Part shown: positions 1-13,216 of the stretch, piece by piece | Layout: each line of letters opens with the position of its first letter | Position numbering within the stretch: position 1 is the first letter of the stretch | Made by a program: the position numbers and the translations under genes | Notes under the pieces: generated by a model | What the model saw: the letters and a program-made list of their open reading frames with translations, nothing else | Database searches by the model: none | What the model was told of the DNA's origin: nothing | From: Azolla caroliniana | Taxonomy: Eukaryota > Plantae > Polypodiophyta | Assembly: GCA_043228905.1 (NCBI GenBank) | Contig: JBHGNT010000033.1 | Location: 1-64,000, forward strand | Length of the DNA: 64,000 nt | Direction: 5' to 3'

Positions 1-699
1 AACCCTAACCCAGGTGAATCGGATGATACGACGACCGGGCGCCCAAGCAGATGACTTACCGTAGTAATTAGTCGCAAGGCCAAGGCCAAGGCTAGGCTAG
101 GCTATCCAAGGACCATATTGGTGATTGATGACTTAGCAAGCAGGGCATGCCTGCCCAACACCTTGCTTTGCCATTTTTAGTAAATGGAAGGTCCCTTCCA
201 CCCGCAAATAGTATCCTTCTAATAATTCATCTCTGACACCGCAACCATCAAAAAAATAAACCAAAAAAAATCGTGAGCTGATGATGTTAAAGCATTCATT
301 CGAAAGATGCATTTTATGCTCAAATCTACCCACATGCATGACCTTGGTTTATCTCACCCAATTAGGCTGGCTCCCTTCAACTAATAATTAATAAACAATA
401 TCGACCAAGTAAACACTTTTTATTACAAAATTGGCAGACATTACAGTTTTGAGTATAATCCGATTAGAGAGCTTAAACACGACACCATAATTATGAGCAG
501 GGAAGGTAAGCTTAGGAACAAAATGTTTGGCTTAGCCTAGGAAAACAACATTTGGCAGTTCCATAACATCAAGTTACATATAAGCAAGATGGGTTCCAAA
601 ACACCATGGGCATGGGGACTCCTATGATCACATCAAATAGTTCGAATACGTCCTTCAGTCATATGAGCATATTTCGAACACTCCAAGTACTAGCTTTTG

Positions 700-1480
700 G
701 GTTCACGCTACATGAGCAAGCAAGAAAATGGTCCATCATTCTACCGTGAGTGACTTTGGTTCAGCCAAAGAAGATTCCTTAAAACATTTTGCCCACCAAG
801 GAACCAAAAAACAGTTGGCAATCATGAGCAAGAGTTTTGATTTAAACCTGAAAATTATGAACAAATTGAATCCTCTCTCACTCTTAGCTCTACTAACCAA
901 AATGCTAAATAATTGATTACTTATTAGAGGCACATACGATGGGTGGGGTAGTGAACACAATTAGCACATTCATAAGTGCCACAACGGTTTCCTCATATGC
1001 AAGATCCATTGCTTCATTGTTTATCATATTTCTTCCTCATCAAATACATCCACCAACATATTTCCTTACCATGGCTTTAGGGGAAATCACATATAAACTA
1101 TTTGTTCATTGTGCCATCCGAATATTGACTTGTAGATGACCTCAACGATTTCCAAAGCTGTTCAACATGATTCTACCCATTGGATTCAGAGCTTACCTAT
1201 CATCAAACTAAATGGAACCTTAAAAACCAAAAATGTTTGTCCTTTGGTGAATACAAATTTCTTGTATTTTCTACATATATCGTTGAACAACTTTTCCTTG
1301 CTTTCGCAACATCTCTAGGTTACCTACCTCACTTATTGTTTCCTCTACCACTACAATAGTGTTACTTTTCTCAAATGTTGCCATAAGTATTCTTCCATCC
1401 CTTTTAATATTTGTGATGATAAAGTTTCTACTAATTACTATATTAGAGTTACAACTCTCGAAACACAAGCTATTAAAAAA
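700..1480 (-). mobile_element. Possible highly degenerate retroelement remnant
   Basis: Broken frames with a weak resemblance (SRAKSERGFNL) to the K-x-x-GG-L-G motif found after LINE RT domains. Not convincing. Confidence 0.2.
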
Positions 1481-2306
1481 TATATCATATCAACACTAGT
1501 ATTTAAGAAGTAAGATCTACCAAAGCAAAAATTGAGTTTGTTACCCTAGTGTGTGAAATTAACTTCTACCAAACTGTTGTATTGCAAATTGAAGATGATG
1601 CTTTTCTTGTGTTTCACCAAGCAATACTCCAATTATCTTGTCACATGATTTCCTCTTGTGGTCATCATAAACTTGATTACAAACTTAATTACTTAATCAT
1701 TTAAATACAATTGCACACAACATACAACCAATACTAATAAGAACATCTTATCTTAATGATCAAATTACAAATTTACAGAGTGCAAGTTTCAAAATAGGGA
1801 TCTCATAAAAAATCATTTCAGATCATTCTTTAGATATATAGACACCTTAAAAGTTAGTAATCAGAAGCTTGAATACGATGATTTATTAGAAACGAACTGG
1901 TGGACCCCTGGTGTGTCAGTTGTATAATTCATAAACACAACGTTTTCACATTGTACTTTAGCATTCAACATCTTCTTTGTTTTCTGGATCCAAATTCTAC
2001 ATATATTGAATGATAACATTAGTTCAATATTTACAGAGATAAAGTATGAAGGACTAACCTATGGTCTAATCATGTACTGTGAAAACAATGATTTATGCTG
2101 ATACTCGCTTACTATCGCTCGGCATACATTTTGCTAGCAATCATTAATACTGCAGCACTAAACGACGCATTCATTCATTAATTCATAAAAGAGTACCAAA
2201 AGCAAAATCATGACAAAATGAAGTGCAGCATATTCAAATATCAATTTGAACTTCGAGACATGATTAATGAGTCATGATAAGTTATCATTGCGATAGATTC
2301 AAAGGG

Positions 2307-4581
2307 TTAAAAGCCTTCCGAAAGCTTAATTCGAGCTTCAACTTCTGCAATAAGCTTTTTCGCCTCCTCAATTTCTTCACTTCCTTGAGTTGATTCTGCC
2401 TCTGCTTCCTCCTACGAAACATTCCACCTTAAGTAAGAGTAAAGGATTCATCATAGAATGGATTGAGAAATACAATCGCATATCTACACTAGAATAGATA
2501 AAATTGCCAGAAGGAACCATAACCAGTTTAACTTGAACATTTGATATTTCCTGTGCAATAGGTTGAGAATGGCAACCCCATACCTTGATGGGACTGCATT
2601 TGGATACTTCAAGGTGGAAAATCCATATCGATATTTCATTGACAGGGAATTGGGATGAATGTAAAATTTCCAGTTTACCAGGTTATTGTAGAAAGCCCAA
2701 GTCAATGCACAGAGGTTTAGATATAAATAGCAAATTGGAATCATAATCAGTTTTCCTTGCAATTTGGATATTTCAAGTGGAAAATGCACTAAGATATGTA
2801 ATTGACAGATAATTGGGATGAATGTCAACTTCAGCATGCAAAATTAAGAGCCATTTGACGACCACACATGATCCACAAATCCAATAGGCAAAATTAAGAG
2901 CCATGTGATAATTGTTTAAATTATATACATCCATGCGATTATGTTGCATGTCCAATAATTATAACAAATTGATATGGTTCAGGGTTTCTCCTTACAAGTA
3001 TTGCTTGCAGGTCAACCAATGCTGCCTCCAAGCGCTTTGTACAATCTGGTACCATCATTTTCGACTCACTCAGTACATTTTCCTGCAGAAAAACCAAGTT
3101 TATGTAAAAAAATTCAAATGTAATTATAAAAACGTACCCCTCTAAACTTTCTATCAGATATCAATTGGGCCCATGGAAGAACAGGTAAATGATCTGAAGA
3201 TTATGTTAAAAGCATCCATCACAGTGAAGGACGACTAGAGAGAGGAATGACATAGTTGAGAGGGATGCACAGAAATAGTACGTCCAGCAATTTGTTCATG
3301 TTAGGCTCCACTCCCTTCATGTGTTCTGCATGTGATTACTCCTCATCCTCTACTTAAGTTTTGTATTCATTTTGGGTGAGGGATCCACCGCTTCAATGGA
3401 GATTTCGCACATTCACATACATGAATAATGGATCCAAGTTTCTCATACGGTGGTTAACACTTCATATACTACTCCTATACCTCAATAGACTAGCAAGAAT
3501 TACACGTTAATTAGGAAGGAAAGAAATGTGTCTAACAGTTGCTGCGAATGCAGAAATGACCATTGTGTGGTAATTCAAAACCAAGAGGCAGCAGGCAAGT
3601 GCTGAGGTTTAATAAAAGATGTCAGCATGATGGACATGGAATGCCAATCAACAGACCATTTACCCACAAATATGGCGAGAATTATATGTAGGTTCTGGAA
3701 GAAAAATAAATGAAGACAAATATAGGCACGCCCAATTCATGGGGCAGTCAATCGACAGGCCATTTACACACAAATAACACGAGTAGTTCATGGTGCCACC
3801 CTAGCAGAAACGAAATGCATAAAACTGATGTCGTGGTCTCTCATAATCACTGACAACAGCCATCATTGATCACAGCATCTAATCTAGTGGCCATTTACAC
3901 ACAAAGAAAGTAAGGATTACATATACATAAAATCTAGCGGAAAAGGAAATATTTTCAAAATTGATGCATTTTCACAAAAAAAACTGAGTCAGATCTCATG
4001 TTGAGCCATGTAACATTACAACAAAACTAACGCCCAAGACTCACTTGATCTCTTGATGGAATAAAAGAAATTGATCTTCATTGCGAACAACTTTATTCTT
4101 TATTGTCTATATTAGATATTGTAAAAAAATGTACTGGCCAACTGATTGAAGATTGACAATGTCGATGTAAACCCATAAACAGAAACCCTAATATGCCCCA
4201 ATAATGTTTGCAAAATATACAAAGTTATTTCAAAACAGAAGCCTGGACAATGAAAGAAACAGGGCATCAAAAGCAAATTAGAATCTATAGACACAGAAGC
4301 GATGCAGAAACTAGAACCACAAAACATCGAAAGTCATAAATTAAACATAATAAAAGCAAATGCAAACACTCCAGCAAAATGTAGCAAAGCAGAAACACCT
4401 AACAAATTCAGAGGCAGGATGAAACCTGTTGCTTAAGGTCGTGAGGATCTCTGCCTTCTTCTTTCATTCGATCAGTCTTTACAGTCTCACGATCTACTTC
4501 CTTCTCATAAGCCTGAAGTTCTTTAAGAAGTCTCTTACAGGAGCCTGTTTTGATTCTCAAGCTCTTCAAGGTTGCAGACAT
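2307..4581 (-). CDS. TBCA: Tubulin-folding cofactor A (TBCA/KIESEL-like), 3 exons: 4581-4426, 3082-2996, 2411-2307; about 115 aa
   Basis: The spliced translation is MSATLKSLRIKTGSCKRLLKELQAYEKEVDRETVKTDRMKEEGRDPHDLKQQ/ENVLSESKMMVPDCTKRLEAALVDLQAIL/EEAEAESTQGSEEIEEAKKLIAEVEARIKLSEGF*. It matches the TBCA family pattern. Both introns are GT-AG and phase 0. Confidence 0.93.
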
Positions 4582-5592
4582 AGCGGAACTTCGCAGAGAG
4601 CAGAAAAGGGTATTCCGCGTGAAGAAGAAAAAGAGAGAGAAGGCGTTTTTCCTTTTTTTTATGTTAAGTCAGACGCTTCACTGAAAAAAACCCTGGCCTT
4701 AAGTCAGCTTGAAAAATATTAGAAGCTTCAAATGTACTCTCTGAAGCCTTCTCTAGCCCGGAAATCTGACACAGAAATTTCCAGGAAACCCCAACCCTAA
4801 CCCTCATCCATCCGATTACAGACTGAATTAATTAAACCTTACAACGTGGCGCAACACGATCACTGCTGCTTGCTGCCTATTCTTCTTTCTGAGAATCCTT
4901 TCTTTCTTTTTGTTTTGTTTTCAAATGGCCACTTCGCTTCTATTTATTTTGGGGCCGCCTTGCTGTTACTTATACACACACACACATATACATATATGTA
5001 TGTATAAAGAATTCCTACTTACTAGTGTGACCGACCGACCCGACCCGACCCGATTCTCTCCTACATTCCACATCCAAGCATGTATCAAGTTGGTACATTC
5101 TCCATCCAAATACCATTTTGTGTCACATTTTGGCATTCATAAAAAAATGGGTGACATTTTAATAAAAATGCACGAGACACAAAGAGATGTATGTGTTAAA
5201 GAAAATAAACAACTATATTTGGATATACAGAGAATGGCAAACAATTTCATAACATTTTGGGGCATCTTTATTCATTAATAATGCAACACAACTAGGATAC
5301 CAACAATTGATTAGTCATTTGCACCTTGCCCTCCTCCGCACAATCTCACCCTCAACAAAGGGTGTGTGTGTAAGCGAACAATTCGAGAATGCGCCCACTT
5401 GCTTCCCCATACCATTTTTTGGGTGGCCGACAGGGAAGCGAGATGTCCCACAAAACGTTATGCTTCACCCCTATAATTAAATTAGGCGATGAAAAGTTTT
5501 TAAGTGAAGGGTTCATTGTTCATACATATATGATGTACATATTAGAAGACAGAACCTTAATTATTAGACGACGGTGTTTCAAGTCACGACCG

Positions 5593-5608
5593 AACCCTAA
5601 ACCCTAAA
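5593..5608. promoter_or_regulatory. Telo-box-like motifs (AAACCCTA) between the divergent TBCA and PPR genes
   Basis: AACCCTAAACCCTAAA at 5593-5608, with similar AACCCTAACCCT near 4793-4804. Telo-boxes are known plant promoter and 5'UTR elements. Function here is not shown. Confidence 0.4.
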
Positions 5609-6023
5609 GACTGTGCGATGCCGAAGTTATTGCGTCACCTGTAAACCCTGCTGTCTCGAATCCTAAATATGAAGCTGAATCAGTGAATGAACCCTGATGC
5701 CTAATCATGGCCTCAGTAGATCATGTGTGAAGCTCCCGAGATAACAAATGAAAGTTATGGCACCCCAGAGGACAAGAAGCATCAGAGGATCCGTCGAAGA
5801 CCGAGCGGGTATTGGCTGATCACTAGCGACGAAGTTGTTATCTCCATGATCCGCTGTACTAGCAGCAGTTTCTTCAGAACACTTGAAAATAGGTTTCGTC
5901 CGCTAAGGTGTATTCATTATGATACAGAGCAGAATGCGTTCTTAGTGAGAGGGGGGGGGGGGGGGGGGGGGATTTTATAAAGCGAACTTAATGACGATCT
6001 CATGAGATAGAAAGAAAGTTTTT

Positions 6024-8729
6024 ATGGAAAGCTTCAGATCAATTCTGCAAATGTGCAGAAAACAGACCGGGTCTTTGAGCTGCATTAAAAAAGTTCATTT
6101 GCTAATCTGTGGGAACGGCTTAGAAACCCTTGATATTGGAAACATGCTTGTGCAGATTTATGTCGAGCGCGGACATTTTTCTGATGCTATACAAGTTTTC
6201 AGAAAACTTATCAATCGAAGTGAACTTTCTTGGACATGCCTCATACAAGGTTATAATGATAATGAAGACTTTCATAATGCCTTCCAAGTGTTTTCATATA
6301 TGCAAGAGGATAGTGTAAATCCTAGTAAATTTACGTATGTTGCTCTATTGAAGTCTTGTGCAGGGCAAAAGGATGTAGAAGGAGTCCTTGAGATACATAG
6401 TGAAGTGATCAGAGAATATCTTGAAGCAGACATCTTTATTTGCAATACTTTGGTCAGTGTTTATGCGAAATGTGGTTCATTACTAGAAGCAACTAAAGTC
6501 TTTGAAAGCCTGTCAGTTTCAAATATTATTTCATGGACTGCACTGATCCGAGGTTACTCTGAACATTGTTTTGCCCATGATGCTCTAAGTTGCTTCAGAA
6601 GAATGCAGATTCAAGGTCAATGCCCTAATGCTTTCACATATTCAAGTTTCTTGATAGCATGTGGAAATGCTAATGCTGTAAACAGGGGTAAACAAATCCA
6701 TGGTGCGCTGATTGTTGCAGAAGAATTCAATAGAGATCTAGCCATTGATAATGCATTGATATATATGTATGCCAAGGTTGGTCTATTTGTTGAAGCAGAG
6801 AAGTTGTTCAAATTGCTTCCTACCCAAGATGTGATCACATGGACAGCATTAATAGCAGGTTGTGCTGAGAATGGGTCAGTAGAGAGTGCTCTATACTACT
6901 ACCAACAGATGCAATGTAAAGGAGTGCCAATAAATCCGATAACGTGTGTTGAGGTTTTGAAAGCTTGCTCAAGCTTCAGTGATCTCGAAATGGGTAGAGA
7001 TGTACATATTGATATTATCAAACGTGGATATGATACACAGCTTTTTGTAGGGAATGCTTTAGTGGATATGTATGCTAAGAGCTATTCCTTGTCGGAAGCA
7101 AGAGTGGTATTTGATCGTCTAGAAATCCGTAGCATTATCTCGTGGAATACACTATTAGGAGGCTATTGTGATTGGGGTCTTGGAAAAGAAGCACTTCTTT
7201 GTTTGGAAGGAATGCAAAGAGATGGAGTCAGTCGAAGTGATGTAACATTAATTTGTGCTTTGAGAGCATGTGGTATTGTGGCATGCCTAGATGTGGGTAG
7301 AGAAATACATGCTGAAATTACCAAAGAAGGATTTGAAGGTGACTATCTGATAGGTAACAGCTTGGTTGAAATGTATGCCAAATCCTCTGCATTTGAAGAA
7401 GCTCAAAAAGTGTTGCTAGACCTCCCTGTTAAGAGTACAATCGCATGGACAGCCATTATCTCATATTACGTTGAACATGGGTTATATAGCGAAGTGCTGA
7501 ATGTTCTCGAGTCAATGCAACAGAAGGATGTTTATCTAGATGTTGTTGCATTCTTATATGGTTTGCAAGCTTGTGGCTGTACAGCTGATCAAGGTAGAGG
7601 ACAAGAATTGCACATAAAGATCTTAAAACAAGGTATTGAACGAGATTTGTTCGTTGGTAACGGCTTAGTGGATATGTATGGAAAGTGCTATTTGCTCGAG
7701 GCAGCATGTTATGTTTTTGATCGACTTTCAGAGCAAAGTGTTGTATCGTGGAGTGCTTTAATAGCAGGACATGTGGAGAATGGTCTTGGTGGGAAAACAT
7801 TGAATCTATTAGAAAAAATGCAGTTGAGAGGTAGTATATCCCCAAATTCTGCTATTTTTGTAAGTTCACTGAAGGCTTGTAGCATTATAGGTGCACTAAG
7901 TAAAGGTCAAAAGCTACACTGTGAACTCACCAAAAAGGGTTTTATATCTCGGGATGCTCCAAAGCCAATTCAGATTGGAGCTCATGGAACCAGTCCAACA
8001 GAAGAAATTGTAGGGAATGCTCTCATAGACATGTATGCTAAATGTGGAAGCTTGGTTGATGCTATGTATGTATTTTATGAAATGCATGGCTGTAATATGG
8101 CAACGTGGAATACTTTGATTTCTGCTTTCATGGCAAAAGGGAGGACAGAACTTGTTTTTCATTGCTTTGAGAAGGTGTCAAGAGAAAAACAAATTCATCA
8201 AAACGAAGTAACTTTTCTCATGATTCTGAATGGCTGTAGTCATGCTGGCCTTGTGGAGAAAGGCAAGGAGGTTTTTATGGCTATGTATAAAGACTATCGC
8301 GTAATGCCAATGATTGAGCACTACAACTGCATGATTGATCTCTTTGGTCGAGCAGGACAAGTTGAGGAAGCTGTAAGAGTGCTTGAGAAGATGCCGTTGC
8401 AGCCCAATATGGCTACATGGAATGCAATCTTGGCAGCATGTCAAAAGTGGGGTAAGGTAGAACTAGGAGAATGGGTTTTCAAATGTGTATCAAGGTTGAA
8501 TGAGAATTACACCGCAGCAATTATTTCTATGTACAATATTTATTCAGCAGCTACTATATGTAGAGAAGAAGATAAAGATGAGTTTGACAGTGTAGATGCT
8601 AGCATCAAAACAAGTTCTGCCAGCATGTTAGAGGAGTTGCAACAAGGATCTCTTTGTTTACCACATGTGCCAAGAGCTCGAACAGAAGGCACATTACAGG
8701 CAATTAGCCATCAGCAGAAGCAGACTTGA
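6024..8729 (+). CDS. PLS-class pentatricopeptide repeat protein with E domain, no DYW domain (organellar RNA-editing factor type)
   Basis: Intronless 901-aa ORF with repeated motifs (GNALVDMYAK, ISWNTLL, WTALI) and the terminal HYNCMIDLFGRAG...MPLQPNMATWNAILAAC E-domain signature. Confidence 0.93.
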   Translation: MESFRSILQMCRKQTGSLSCIKKVHLLICGNGLETLDIGNMLVQIYVERGHFSDAIQVFRKLINRSELSWTCLIQGYNDNEDFHNAFQVFSYMQEDSVNPSKFTYVALLKSCAGQKDVEGVLEIHSEVIREYLEADIFICNTLVSVYAKCGSLLEATKVFESLSVSNIISWTALIRGYSEHCFAHDALSCFRRMQIQGQCPNAFTYSSFLIACGNANAVNRGKQIHGALIVAEEFNRDLAIDNALIYMYAKVGLFVEAEKLFKLLPTQDVITWTALIAGCAENGSVESALYYYQQMQCKGVPINPITCVEVLKACSSFSDLEMGRDVHIDIIKRGYDTQLFVGNALVDMYAKSYSLSEARVVFDRLEIRSIISWNTLLGGYCDWGLGKEALLCLEGMQRDGVSRSDVTLICALRACGIVACLDVGREIHAEITKEGFEGDYLIGNSLVEMYAKSSAFEEAQKVLLDLPVKSTIAWTAIISYYVEHGLYSEVLNVLESMQQKDVYLDVVAFLYGLQACGCTADQGRGQELHIKILKQGIERDLFVGNGLVDMYGKCYLLEAACYVFDRLSEQSVVSWSALIAGHVENGLGGKTLNLLEKMQLRGSISPNSAIFVSSLKACSIIGALSKGQKLHCELTKKGFISRDAPKPIQIGAHGTSPTEEIVGNALIDMYAKCGSLVDAMYVFYEMHGCNMATWNTLISAFMAKGRTELVFHCFEKVSREKQIHQNEVTFLMILNGCSHAGLVEKGKEVFMAMYKDYRVMPMIEHYNCMIDLFGRAGQVEEAVRVLEKMPLQPNMATWNAILAACQKWGKVELGEWVFKCVSRLNENYTAAIISMYNIYSAATICREEDKDEFDSVDASIKTSSASMLEELQQGSLCLPHVPRARTEGTLQAISHQQKQT

Positions 8730-10362
8730 ATGCTGTTGTAAGAAAACTCTTCTTCATCTCAATAAAATGAAAATAACATAGAAGACAATAGATCATTTGT
8801 GCCTTTTCGTACTGATGTCGATGTATTGCCCACACCGTAGATTGCAAACACTCTCCTCTAGATGATTTATATTTGATGCTCACAATATGTCACGAGGTAC
8901 GACCCAAAGTACATTTACAAGGCGGCGTAAATATGTTCGTAAATATGTTTCGTAGAGATTGTGGAGATAAATGTACATGTTTACCTTAAATTGTCACAGT
9001 GCCATCAATCATGTGGTGCATCATTGATGGCTAGAAGATTAACAAAGGGGAGATTGGATGGTGTACATATAATTCTGATCCTTGTCTTTGTCTTCTTTTC
9101 ATTCTTACCTATATACTTAACTCTTATCGTATATGGATAAGCTTGTGAATTCATCTTAGACCATCATTATGATAGCGAAAAACAAATCTAGCAAATGTCA
9201 TTTAAACATATGAACCCTAACCTACTTATTCAATGTCTGAAACTAATAGGATGGAATTTAAACACTTCTGCCCAATCTTGTTCTTCTATGGTTGTAATAG
9301 ATGTATAGGCATGGATTAGAACAACACTAGTAGAAAGATGGAAGGGTGATCAAATCAACATCTCTTCCAAGATTCTTATTTCAGTATTGGTTTGCGTTTT
9401 CTCAAATTAATCTTTTCTTAGATCCTTATTTCAAACACTGATTTATGATTGTCACAAGGAAAAGTTGTTTCTTGGCGTGTTTGTCACAATTTTTTCCCTC
9501 ATAATCTATTACCAACAAAAAGATCCCCATTATTCCAACCCCTTTTTTAATCTGGTTCACTACAACGCTAATTGACATCAAATTGTTTGGTGCAACTGTA
9601 TTAAGGGAAATAATGATATGTTATTCACTCTTTAACAACTCTATGAGCCTTCTTTTTTTTCCCAAAAAAATTATTCTTCATTAGTAGAATTTCAGCATAC
9701 ATGATGAAATGATTAGGCTGAAAACATTACAATGGCTCTAGCCATGATGACCTATAACAAACCACAAAGAATAATCTATAGCCTTCTTTCATCTTCCCAA
9801 TCTAAAATAATGGTCATATGCCAAATGTGTGTAGGCAGGGGATTATAAAATGGCTGAATGGGAAGAGATGGCAAAAAACTAGAGTTAGTTGTGGAAATTC
9901 ACTTACTCGGATCCTCCACGAGCCTGGTTCCATAATAAGATAGGTGAACAAAAGAGCCTGTCTGTTGTCATTGGCTATTGTTTTGGCATATGATGTAGTA
10001 GGCGGTGATATGAGTTTTTGAAAATAATGCTCAATGTCCTCCAACTCATATACGAGGGAGGCATTCTAGAGGTGAACGCCGAAGAGGTTCTTTCAGTTTT
10101 TCGGCGTGCGAGATCACATATTCTCTTATTTCCCTGGATATTCAACCAACCCTAGTAGTAGGTTTTTTTCACGTGTGCGGTGTTGGTTAGGTGTCTGCGC
10201 GCGCTAGGGTTTTTATGAGAAGGTTTTTACTTCAGTAGTGTTCACTCTTATGAGAGAGATATTAACGTCTTGTAAGACCAAATTTGGCCCACTGTTACTC
10301 CCTCCACAGCCACAGCCACACCCACAGGGAAAGAACAGAAGCACTGATTGATTGATTGATTG

Positions 10363-13216
10363 ATGGCTCCCGCTCTCCCTCTCATCTGCGAAGCAGCCCG
10401 CGATGGAGACCTCGTGAAGCTCCAAGAATTGCTGAAGACGTCATCAGCAGAAACAGCGGTCTCAGAAGACCTTTTCTCTCACGACGAGGATGGCTGTACT
10501 GCTCTTACGTATGCTGCCATGCACGGACACGCGCAGGCGGTCAGAGTTCTACTAGATTCCGGATCTCCTTGGAACGCTCTAGATTCTCTGGGAAAGTGTG
10601 CAGGCGACTATGCCATGGAAGAAGGCCATCAAGAGGCCTTTGATGTACTTCTTGATACAGGTAGGATGGCTTTCCTGTCGCGTTTACTAATTTTTTTCTT
10701 CCATTGTTTGGTGAACCACCAAAATTCGTTAGGATTTTATTAGAAAATGCGTGTATTTTTTAATTGGTGGGTGCATATTAGATTATCACAAATTTCTATA
10801 TGTATATTTTCTATATCCCGTTTTCTGGATGAAATACTCAGAAATATACGTGTGGACATTCCAACTTTGCTAGGAGTCAAGTACAAGATTTGTTACTTTG
10901 TGCAGAATATAATAATACAGTTACTCCAGGGAAATTTTGTTCTAAAACACGATAACTTAGACTCATATGTACATCACCATGTTAAACGTCATGACAAATA
11001 GATCAACAAACTAGATAAGATGAACTTACCTACACTAATCCTTTTGTTCAAAGGAGTGCTTAATTATGTGGTTATTATCTAGGTGTAAAATCAGAGCTAG
11101 TTTTTGGAGCACTGGAAAAGTATACTTCAAAGGCAGAATATTCGAACAAAACCTATCTCGAAGAACGAGTTAAATTCAGTGAGGATAAGCTGTTGGATGA
11201 AGAAGGGAAAGGTGTGATGATGTCATGGGAGAAGCCATTAATGGCGGCTCATGCAAAGGCTGTGTGTGCAGGTGGGGGTGATATCTTAAATGTGGGTTTT
11301 GGTATGGGTCTCGTTGACAACGCAATTCAAACTTATGAGCCAGTTTCACACACTATTATTGAGGCACATCCAGAAGTGTATGCTAGAATGATATCCACAG
11401 GTTGGGCTGACAAGCCAAATGTAAGAATACTTTTTGGGCGATGGCAAGATGTTCTGCCTCAGCTAGGTGTCTATGATGGTAATTTTCTTTTCCATACTAA
11501 ATCTACAGTAGTTTTATTTGCTGCTTGTTATTCAAATCTGTTGGTTAAATTTTTGCTCTATTATTTTAATGTGCTGGTTAATATGTAGTACCTTTTCTCT
11601 ATAGTATTCAAATGTACTGGTTAAAATGTAGCTTCTCCTCTGTATTGAAATATGTTGTGATTTAAGCCTAAATATGTTAGCTCTCTTATTTTCTCATTGA
11701 TAATCAAATGCATGATTGAGACTAGGAATCGGCAATGGTTCAGTTTCAGCTTAACTGATTTGGCCTTGTCCAAACCAAACTGGTTAAGCCTAAACCGGGT
11801 TGGGAGTTTCCAAACCTAAACCGAACTGGTTCCTAAACCAGTTTAGGCTAACCAATTTGGCCAAACTGGTTTAGGAATGGGTTTAACCAAGCCGATTAAG
11901 CCATAATCAGCTTGGTAACTGGTTTGGTCTGAATCGGTTTGTCTTGGCTTGAGCCATCACAAACCAAGCTCAAACCAGTTAAGGAAGCTGAAGCCTAAAC
12001 CGCAAACCGCCAAACTGTTCAAAAATTGTTTCACGGTTTGGTTTAGGCTTGAGCCGAGCTGTTGTTGATTCCTAGTTGAGACCTAGTCTAAGTATCTTAT
12101 TTTCTTGCGGGTGTGCTAATGTGCTGATTGAAGCCTACATTAGGTTTCTACTGTTAGAATTATTGAGAATCGATTAGATAGACATATAGAGTTACAATCA
12201 CAAAGATGGATATATGAAAACAAACTTTCTATTACTTATGAGAGTAGCTCACAATGGTAGTTCACCCATGCACTCACACCTTAGAGCTTAGATGGGATCT
12301 GGACCAGCTCACTACAAAACTAGTGGGGACCAATAAATAGTCACAACCACTGTGTAGGAGAGTGGATTATATTCTCTACTTGGTCTGAGTGTAACATTAA
12401 ATGTGCAAGTCGGTTGATAGTAGTGAAGATATTCCTTTTTTGTCAATTGACTTGTCTTTTTATATGACCCAGCTCCCTAAGTACAAGCTAGTGCGAGATA
12501 GGACTTATCTTAAAGTCAATGGCACATACTTCAAGACTAAGTACATCGTAACTTGCCCACAAAATATTCTTCTAGTTGACTTGATTAGTCAATCCTATTA
12601 GCCTACTTTGTTCATTACTAAATACATTGTATCCTACTCATCTACGGTTTCCTAGATTGACACCGTATCGACCCATATGGTCGGTTGCACAATAGCTACT
12701 CCTCATTTGGGGCGCTATCACAGAATGTGCACTCTAAGAGTGCATATGGGGATAAATTGACAACTTGGGGTTGATCATTGATTATATCTAACATCTATTG
12801 CTATTCAATTTTGTTGATTAAGGCTTACGGTAGCTTTGATCTTCTGTTATCTCACTGCTATTTAAATATGATAATGAAAACAATATTCTTGTTTTGCCAC
12901 AGGAATATTTTTTGACACATATGGGGAACATTATGAGGATCTGAAGGAATTTCACTCCCTCCTTCCCAAACTACTAAAGCCAGATGGTATTTACTCCTTT
13001 TTCAATGGCCTTTGTGCTGACAATGCGTTTTTCCATGTTGTATATTGTCAACTTGTGTCTCTTGTGCTGTCACAAATGGGATTCTCAGTGCAATACATCC
13101 CACTTCCTGTCAAAGACTGTCTAGATGAAGACACATGGAAAGATGTGAGTCATAAGTATTGGCAACTAGACACATACTTCTTACCAGTAGTTCAGCTGGC
13201 TGATGAAGCTGAATAA
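10363..13216 (+). CDS. RMT2: Ankyrin-repeat RMT2/PRMT2-like protein arginine N-methyltransferase, 3 exons: 10363-10660, 11083-11478, 12903-13216
   Basis: N-terminal ankyrin repeats (GCTALTYAAMHGH...SPWNALD), then VMMSWEKPLM, ILNVGFGMG, HTIIEAHP, GRWQDV, GIFFDTYGE and YSFFNGL motifs. GT-AG introns keep the reading frame. Confidence 0.92.
11723..12074. mobile_element. Non-autonomous hAT-like DNA transposon (MITE) in RMT2 intron 2
   Basis: Imperfect terminal inverted repeats TAGGAATCGGCAATGG.../...CTGTTGTTGATTCCTA, flanked by ATTGAGAC/GTTGAGAC (8-bp TSD, 1 mismatch). The interior is rich in AAACC/GGTTT motifs. Confidence 0.75.
12152..12793. mobile_element. Probable solo LTR in RMT2 intron 2
   Basis: Begins TGTTAGA and ends TCTAACA (TG...CA, 7-bp inverted ends), flanked by TCTAC/TCTAT (4/5 match to a 5-bp TSD). 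Confidence 0.55.

Noticed and set aside
4429-4722. Plus-strand 97-aa ORF
   Set aside because: It is the antisense shadow of TBCA exon 1.
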